Positions 39,201 to 48,200 of a stretch of DNA of 64,000 nucleotides are shown piece by piece. Origin of the DNA: Giardia intestinalis (Eukaryota). Under the pieces are notes generated by a model that worked only from the letters and a program-made list of their open reading frames with translations, did no database searches and was not told the DNA's origin. Position numbers and translations under genes: made by a program. The stretch is taken from assembly GCA_000002435.2 (NCBI GenBank), contig CM018791.1. One strand, 5' to 3'. Each line of letters opens with the position of its first letter. The stretch's first letter is position 1.

Positions 39201-42200
39201 CACAGAATGCAAGGGAGCCGTTGTTTGTTCGCTCCCCGCAAGAGTCATAACTGCATGCAGCACTGTTCTATCCAACTTCGGATTTCACAGGATGCAGTTT
39301 GTGATTTACAAGATTGTTTCCCTGACGAATAGTCGTTCATTCTACATTTTCGCTGGCGTTCTTTTCGGTATGGATTTGCATGAGGCCTCTGGGCGCCAGC
39401 AGGAATATCTTCGCTTTTGCATGCCAATCTTACTGGATAGGCTTCCACATTGTTTCACCATATTGACATACTCTATGCTGCAAACGACCATTTCTGCGTC
39501 TCTCTCCTGGTATGTGCAATACTACTCGGACATACTTGCCAATGACGCACTCAATTGCGACATAGCATTGTGCATTCTTCGGAGCATACCTTTGGCCACT
39601 GGAGTTCTGGCCATTCTCAGGCTTTTCCACGTCCTGGTCTCCGATTCAACTAAGCCGGGTGTCAATAGTTTGGAGAAGCTGAAAACTTTGAGGTCCGCTC
39701 TCGCAACTCTTACGTATGTCTTAAGCATCCTTCTTCGGTATCAGATTATCACTGTTCCCTCTACATACATGAGCCTTGTGCATCGCTCTGTTTGCATTAG
39801 CATTGATAAGTACCTTGATCCATCCACTAGCGTTTGCTGTCACACCCATTTCACTATAGACTTTGAGGCACTTGAGGAGCAGTTTCCATATAACCACCAG
39901 CGCCATGACATGCCGATAACCAAGGCGGTTACCTTTGAGCAGCATGCACCCACTGAGGACTCGTACACGATACCGTGTTTCGATATGCTCCACGGCTCCC
40001 TGTCCAAAGACTTCAAACGAGAGGCCCAGAAAGATTATATGGCTGCGCTTTTGCACTACAATAAGCACCACATAAAGCACGCAACTATTCTGGGACCATG
40101 CACAGTGCTTCCATTCAGCTACCTATACATTAAAGATACTTCTCCCCTCGAAGTGCAGATATCTTCTATTTTGCAGGAAACTTTCACTAGCGTTCGATAT
40201 AGGCTCTTTAGAGACATCCTTATTTCGCTTTCCAATACCTTATCTGATATAATTGAGGACTGTGTAGAGACTCCGCCAGTGCTAACTCTGCCACCTAGCG
40301 AGAAACAGATCCAACCACCTGACACTGCGTCTCCAACAGTTAATCCTTATGTATCACACGGCTTTGTCACGAGCATCTTTGTGTCTGGTGGTGATGAGTC
40401 TCTTTTTCGGCTTCTTGATGATTTTAATATTTTTGCTTTTCAATTGCTTGGAGACTACTTACACACGTACAACCGTGACTTTATCACTAGTATGCGCTTC
40501 TTCCAAACCCGTGCTTCATTTTTGGGAACTCAACAGGCGTTCACACCCATGCGTGTATACTCTGGGGTAACGCCTGTCTGTGCCTATAAAGGCCACGTTT
40601 TTCTGGATGCTTCCTTTCCAGACGGCATGTTTGCTGAGTTTTCAACACTACCAATCTACTCCGAAATATTGGACAAGCTTTTATTTTACAAGTTATTGTT
40701 TATTGTTTCTCCTATCAATGATGGCCCAGCGTGTAACTCACCTCTCAAGTCCTTTTTCAGCGCTTATGTACCACTTATTACTGGGCATCCTGTGGTATTC
40801 GACCAGCCATGCTTGGTAGATGAGTTCTCCATCGAATCAATGACAGATAAAGAGGCTACGTACTTTAGGTCGCTCCTATGCATGTTGGTGCTCGGTGCTA
40901 TCATAGTAATCACAAGTGAGGTTGCTACGAGACATAACTGGGCTACCTATATGCGCCTGCACGAAGAAAGGGTTCGGCAGGACCTTCCAGGCAGCCTAGT
41001 CTTCATTCTTCCTGGCCTGGTAAAAACATATCATGAACACAATATAGAGGAACCTATGTACGTGCTCGCCGAGAAGGCGCTTAGCATTTTAGCCCTTTAC
41101 GGGTTGGGTCAGGAGTCCAACCACTTAATTCGGTATCGAGACGGTTTTGTCGGCACAGACAAAGTTCAGCAATATGTGCATGACACAGATCTCTCTATCA
41201 AAATAGAACGGCTGGCTGCAAAGTTCTCTCAGCTGTCTGTTGGGAGTCAGAGCTTGTCAAACGCCATGCTCAGATCAGTTTTCTCTAACACACCTAACGT
41301 GTTGTCTGCAGCCCCTCTACCTTACTTACTGCGTAATTACTTGTTGCTTATTGCTGGCACTTTAGACGATTCTGAGGCTCGTATGGTTTTGACAGCCGTG
41401 TTTGTATCCACCTTTGGCACTTCTCTGCTTGACAAAGATGAGTCAGGGCAAGATGCGATGGCCTTCCTCACTGAGTTGACAGAGCGATATGCAGCTTCGA
41501 GTTATTACTTTTTGGACTCTGACATGAAAGAAGTACCTGCTTCTGCAAATCCACCCATGACCTATACTGTACCGTTTGCTCTAATGTTTTCCTATGCATT
41601 TTCAAGCTTGCAATATATTAGAGCCTCGCACACTGAGCTCCGATTCTTCTCGGAACCGGCATGTCTAACAGAATCAGAGAAGCGGCTTAATCAGGAGTTT
41701 CATCTGAGCACTTCTAATATGAGACTCTGCGGACTTCTTTCCGAGTTCTATCTACAGTTCTTTGGCAGAGATATTCTAGCAACTTTCCCCTTTTCGACTA
41801 CAGGCTTTTATTTTCTTTTCAATTTAGTTTACATTATTCTATTAATACTAACCCAATCTGTTTCTATTGGACCAATTGGTCTTCATGTTATAGACTTACC
41901 TCTTTGCAACACTCTTTATGGAATGGTTACTGCTGCGATTAGATACCTCGTCTCGGATATAATAATCATGGAATTAAGGTTTCAGAACCAGTGTAGGTTT
42001 GCTAGCAAGCGCCTCAACATTGCCGATCCGGTTGAGGGCGAGGAGTCTAGCATCTCCCATCCATCATTCGTGGAGGTAACCGATGTGTCTCAAATTACAG
42101 ATGTAGCGACAGGAAGGGTAACATATAGGCCTTACACAATATACTTTATGGCCTTAAAAGTGATTAATCCCACTCAAGATACAACAATGCTGTATGAAAT

Positions 42201-45200
42201 TTTGCTGTCAGCTCCACGACCCTCAACGACTGCCATTGTCATCATGTCACCATGTCTACGGCTATTGCAGTCCTTCACAGGGTATCACCTTCACTCTCAG
42301 CATTCTCTGCTCAATCCCAAACTTCTCCTCCAATATCAGACCCGCGAAATAAGATACTATCATACATTCAAGCTGTCTTCAATCAGTACTTCGGAGAGCA
42401 CAGACGTCTCCTATTCGCAATTCGAGGATCTGATCACGAGCTTTTCCATAACACAGTTGCAGCGGTTAATGCAGATGAAGGCGATGCGCTTCTTTATTCA
42501 GCTCTCCCCGCTCGTGCTTGCGTTCTGTGCTGACGCCTGTCTTCTAACCGAGCCTCGAGATTACTACGCTGCATACTGTAATTTTGTCTATCTCTGCTCT
42601 AAGTATTGTATTATTACCGTTGTACCAGTGATTCAAAATGGGTTTGAAACAGCAAGCCTTTATGGTCGCTGGGAGACATCCGATCCTTGCTCAAATTCGA
42701 TATCAGATCTTGAACGGCTTCTTGGCTCTAGAATGAAGGGAAAGGAGCAGGCTACACCGCAGGCTACCGTATATGAAGCCCAGACATCCACTAAAGACTT
42801 TGAGCAGCTTGCTTCTTCGATAGTCGGAAGTGCCGTCACAACCTTCCCTGGAGCGATGTCTACATGTGACAGTGCCATAGACAAATGTATGGCAACATCG
42901 TTCATGCACCACACTGCGCAGGGCTCTGTCACTGAGCAGGGACACGCCGACATCAAAAGGCCCAAAGAGAACAACGTCTTCGAGCTCTTCAACATTTCTC
43001 AGAACAAGCTCCTATGTACAATGCCCATCCCACATGATTCAGTTAGGCAGTGTCTTATATTTTCTCAGCTAGAAATAAGATGCAACCCTGCCTTCTTTAC
43101 ATGCTTCACTTACTGCAATCAGAACTACTCTGAGTTAGTGGCAAAGCTGGCGCTTATCATCTTTGGACTTGCATTCTCCGCTTGCAAGCTTAAGACTATA
43201 GTTCCAGCGGGATCTAATTCAGAGGTATTCAGACGGATGTCTGCGTTCTTAGCCTCGTCCCTGAACATTGATGACCTGTATAGCGACTCACAAGATGTTT
43301 TGTTCGACTTTCACGAGCAGGCCTATAAACAGTGCAGAGAAGCATTGCTTATGGATGGGCCTCAAACTGCATATTCCGTCTTCCTCTCGCGCTACTTCCT
43401 TAGCACAAATGACGAGGAATCACTCACCGACACAAACGAGGCATATAGCACGGCTTATAATGAAACTCACGGAGCCATTTCAGTAGACAGGTATGTCTAT
43501 GTCCGTATTCTTAACAGCATGCTTCCAACGGCACAGACCATCGCTGCAAAAGGTGATGCGTTCCTTTACAGCTTGCTTCTTCCTTCGTTTTCAATGGAAC
43601 CCATGACCTATGAGGGGCTTCGATTGGTTGAGGAGACTATTTCTCGGTTTTCGGACGGAGATTTCGACACTCTTCTCACACTGCTCAATTTTAGCACAGT
43701 GTATCTACACTTCACCCCAGCGCTCTACCCCAAACGGTATATCCTGCACCAAGGCACAACTAAGCGTCCATCTTCAACACTATACAGTCCTGTTGGAGTG
43801 CAAGAAGATCGTCCTGGTCCGTTCAATGAAATTGTGGATGTGGGATATCTGACTGCATATCCTATAAGTAGCTATGATGCTGAGTTAAGGATGCTAGCCT
43901 TATCCATCGTTGCAGCTATGTTTTGCAAGATACCTGTTGTTCTTTTCAGTGTCTTCTCACCAATATTTAACCAATCCGCGTTGCGTGCCGCCACTGCGCT
44001 ATTTGAAGAGGACACGTCTGTTCTCATACAGGATGATAAGTATAGAGAAAATATGCAACTCCAAACATCAGCAGACGAGCATATAAAATTTGGCACCTTT
44101 TCATATAACACGTATCTAATTCATAGTGTTTGCACTGATGCTGACCTGATCCAGCTTCTCGCTCGCCTACGGTCCATGTGCCAGTTTGTTTCATGTAACT
44201 CCCAGACCTATCTGGTTTCGCCATGTAGACTCATAGTCCTCATCAGAGCACATGCTTCTTTTCTATATTACCCAACCCTCCTCACACTACTTGGTCAGAA
44301 AGTTCAAATGATCGATAACACTGGAGTCATGCAACTAGTTACTCTGCGCAATATCCTCTTCTTGGTTGATGTTGCTCACGGGCCTCCAAAGGATATGTTA
44401 AGGATTTACCAGGTCTCACACCTATACACAGTTCGCACAGATGTGTCACTTCCCAGAACGCGGCGTGATAGACTCTGCACACAAGGAAAGCATTATGGGC
44501 ACTATCTCCTGGCAAAGATCTTTGGGTTCCGTGCTGTCAGTCGGCAGCTGGAGAACTTTCTCCTTGACCGAAACTTTATGTACACAGAGCGTATTTCTGC
44601 TTCGATAAGCACAATTTGGCTTATGGAACAATATTATGGTGTGTCACGAAGCAACGACCACACACTTAACGATACTATTTCTGCCATAATCTACAATTCA
44701 ATAGAACAAGCCGCCACTCAATATCATGAACAATATCCAGAAATTTATAGTGCACTCTATGGTGCCACGACTAAACAGAGGTTGATGTTAAAATTAGCTG
44801 ATGCGCCAGCTGCTTCCAGTACGCTAGAAGCGCTTACTTGCAGACAGCTTCTCACGCACACACCTGGTCAGGGCGTGCTCCTCAAGCAATTGATTGATGC
44901 CTTCAACATAAACCTCTTGAAGATCCTGATTAATCGAAGTCTTTATTCCCATTTCATGAACGAGTACGCTGAGCGAGTTGGCGGTCGAAAGAACCGAAAA
45001 AGTCGGCAACACACGACCGCCAGACAAGCTTCTGCAATCTCTAGAAAATCGGGTGCATCCCGTAGTTGCTGTGGCTCTCGGGCGTCATCGTTGACTGTTC
45101 TGGAAGAAACTATTGAAGAAGGAACTTTCTTCACACCAACAATCGATCTAAGTTACTATCAATCTGTGAAATCTAAGCGGTTAGAGGATAAGTCTGATGG

Positions 45201-48200
45201 ACCAAGCAGTAAAAACAGTGACTCGTTTGATACCACCTCCACATCGGCAGCTGCAATTTCACCTAGAGATCAGAGGGCCTCTGACATCAAATCATCTCAG
45301 GTTCCATCTCTTAGTGTTAAGTGGCTCAAGCCACCTATGGTGCAGCAGAACCCTGAGGTAGATGAGCACACAGAGAGCGCAGTAAAGCTGCCTGCTGTTG
45401 TATCGTCCCTTCTTAATAAGGACGTTGGTACCAAATACTTAGCCAAACTGAGTAGCCTCACAGGGCAAGACTATTTCGGAGTCCACACAATGGAGCTAAG
45501 GAACATTTTGGCAGAGGCTCACCTTTCTCCCATGCACATACCGACCACCCTGTTTGTCCCTTCAGGGCTTCTTAGCTACGCTGATTTTATCCTTCTAGCT
45601 AAGTCTTTACCTGGTGTTCTTGATGCTCTCCCGATAGACAGTCGTGTTCACCCAGTAGACAAAGACTCCATTTTATTGGTCGATATAGCTGCTGCTTGCG
45701 GATTAACAGATAGGGCACTTCCACCAGTACTCCAAACAATGAGCGTTACCGATAGATTTCTCACGGCCCTAAGGGCAGCTACGTGTGCGGCGATGGGTAT
45801 GCCTCCATCTGCGGCATATCCTCGAATCTTTGAACGCTTCAAGAAGCAAGCATTTTCGGGCATAGGATCCAGTTTGGAATCTCCGCTTTACCTACCTAGT
45901 GGACGCTTATCAGATACGACTATCATGCCGCAGCACATTCTGTCTACACACCCTCTCCTGGCTATACCGCGATGGCACTTTCACATAAACATCCAGACAC
46001 AAACCCTTATTCAGTATAAAACATCCATGCGAACAAGGACCGAATTTCACCCCGAATACGTCCCATATAACAAATATCCCCATCAATTTAATACCGTTAT
46101 TTTGGCAATCCCTCTCAGCCTTGCAGTGAGTTGCAATCTCCTCACTATGGTTGCTAACTTCCTTTATCCGGGGTCGGGAGAAAACAGCTGGATAAACAGG
46201 GAAGATCAAAGTGATTTTCTATCCGACTTCAGCTCCATTTCTAAACTCGGATTGGTCACCACAAGAACATATTTATGTTTTGTGAGCTGTACCATGCAAG
46301 TGATTATATTCGACAACTACTGTTTGCAAGCTGCTGTGCGCAAGGACATTCTTGCCATACTCCCACCTCATTTGGACGTAGTGCACTTTCATGCAGGCTT
46401 AAGCATGCACAAAGATATTGCTTCCATAACACAAAGTCCGTTGATGCAGCACAGGCTGTCAATTCCCATCCTGGCTTTGCCACCAACAGCCACTATAACA
46501 ACCCAGCAGAAAACGGTGGAGATATCGGAACAGTTGGCTGAAATGCGTGTATACATTGTAGCATATTATCTATATGACACGCTGGTGACACAGTTTTCAA
46601 GTTTCTCCATTCCATTCAGCAATAGCGTCGAATCTTCGGGTGAACTGGACACCGAACACGCCAACATGGATGTCAATCAAAGGACTCTGACAGCCTACTC
46701 TGCTCAGCGTAGCACCAAAGACTCAACATTGCACTCGGACGAGTCTTCAAATTACGTGGACTCGGAGATCAGAAGCCTGCGTTTACCTTCACTCTTGTCC
46801 TGTCCATCCTCTGCGAGGTCCAAGCGCTCTGTACACAATGATTTTCAAGATAAGTATAAGCACGCTGCTACTGTGTCTGGAATCCACGCTAGATCGATCA
46901 AATCTATTTCTAAGTTTATCCCATATTCAAACATTAACGATTTTATCCTGATAGTACGCCATGTATACCGAAACTTGAGAAGCTACTATGCTTCTAAGTT
47001 GCATGACATATCTCTCTTTCAGCAGCAATCTGTCAATTTAACAAAGCTAGCAAAGCATGGAAGCATACAAACACAGGAGACATTAACAAGAACTGCGGAA
47101 AATATCGCGCAATTTGCAGCAACTATTGTCCCAGAAGAAGACTTAGATGAGGAGAAATACAAGGAGTCAACAAAGGCACTCCACGAAGCAGAGAAAAGGC
47201 TTGCAACAATTACGCAAGAACTTACTGATGCTGAAGCGAAGGTGAAGACTCAAAAAGAGAAGCTGAAGAATAGCATAGAGGGAAGTTGCGCTGCTGTCAT
47301 GTACTTTGGAGACTCTAAGCTTGCCAGCTATGTGAAGGCGTTGCTGGCAGACCCGGCCAAATACCGCAACTTTGCTGAATTGCTACATAGAATCCCGGTC
47401 ATTTCTTCTGCAGTGGAGACTGTCAGTATTACTCCATGTGCTGCCTTACCCATTGCTGACTTTTGGAACATTGTTGCAGCTGAGGTTTTCAGCTCATGTG
47501 AGCGCCTCTATTCCCTCTTGGTTGGCTTCGACCAAGAAAGGGATGTGCTGGACCCCATAACCACGATAGATAGCTCTGCATTTAACGGCATTGAGACGAT
47601 CGTCTTCACTTGGTATATGGAAACCATAGAATACAGACGCTTTAAGGACGAATGTGTTGCTCAGTTCAAGCTGGAAGAGCTACGGAATAACCACGTTAAC
47701 CAGCAACACATCGTCTCAACCCTTGCAGCAGAAAATAGATTGCTTCAACAGACCTGCCAAAATACAGATAAAGCACGCAACATCAGCAGTTCTCAGTTGG
47801 ATCTTCTAGAAGCTCAGCTGTGCGACCTTAAGGAGTTGTTCCAAATAGAGAAGGATACCATAGGTATGGTTGTTAAGCACATTCCATCTATGGTCACTGA
47901 GGAGCGGCGGATGCGACAGATGCACAATCTCAGTTATGTTCACGGTGTCATTGTCGCTGCAACCGTGTATTTCGGAATTGGCTTAACCAGCATCTGCATT
48001 GATATTTTATCTAAAGCGAGTGGAACTTGCTCTTCAGAAGAGTGCTGTGCATTTTGTAGCATTCTCGATCTACCCCTCTGTTCGTGCTGCAATTGCTGTC
48101 TATGTTTTTGCGATTGCAAGTATGTGATGTCAGACACGGGTGCTACATTTCTGGTCAAAGCAGATGTTTTTAGTGAGCGTTCCATCTGTCGCCACATGAA

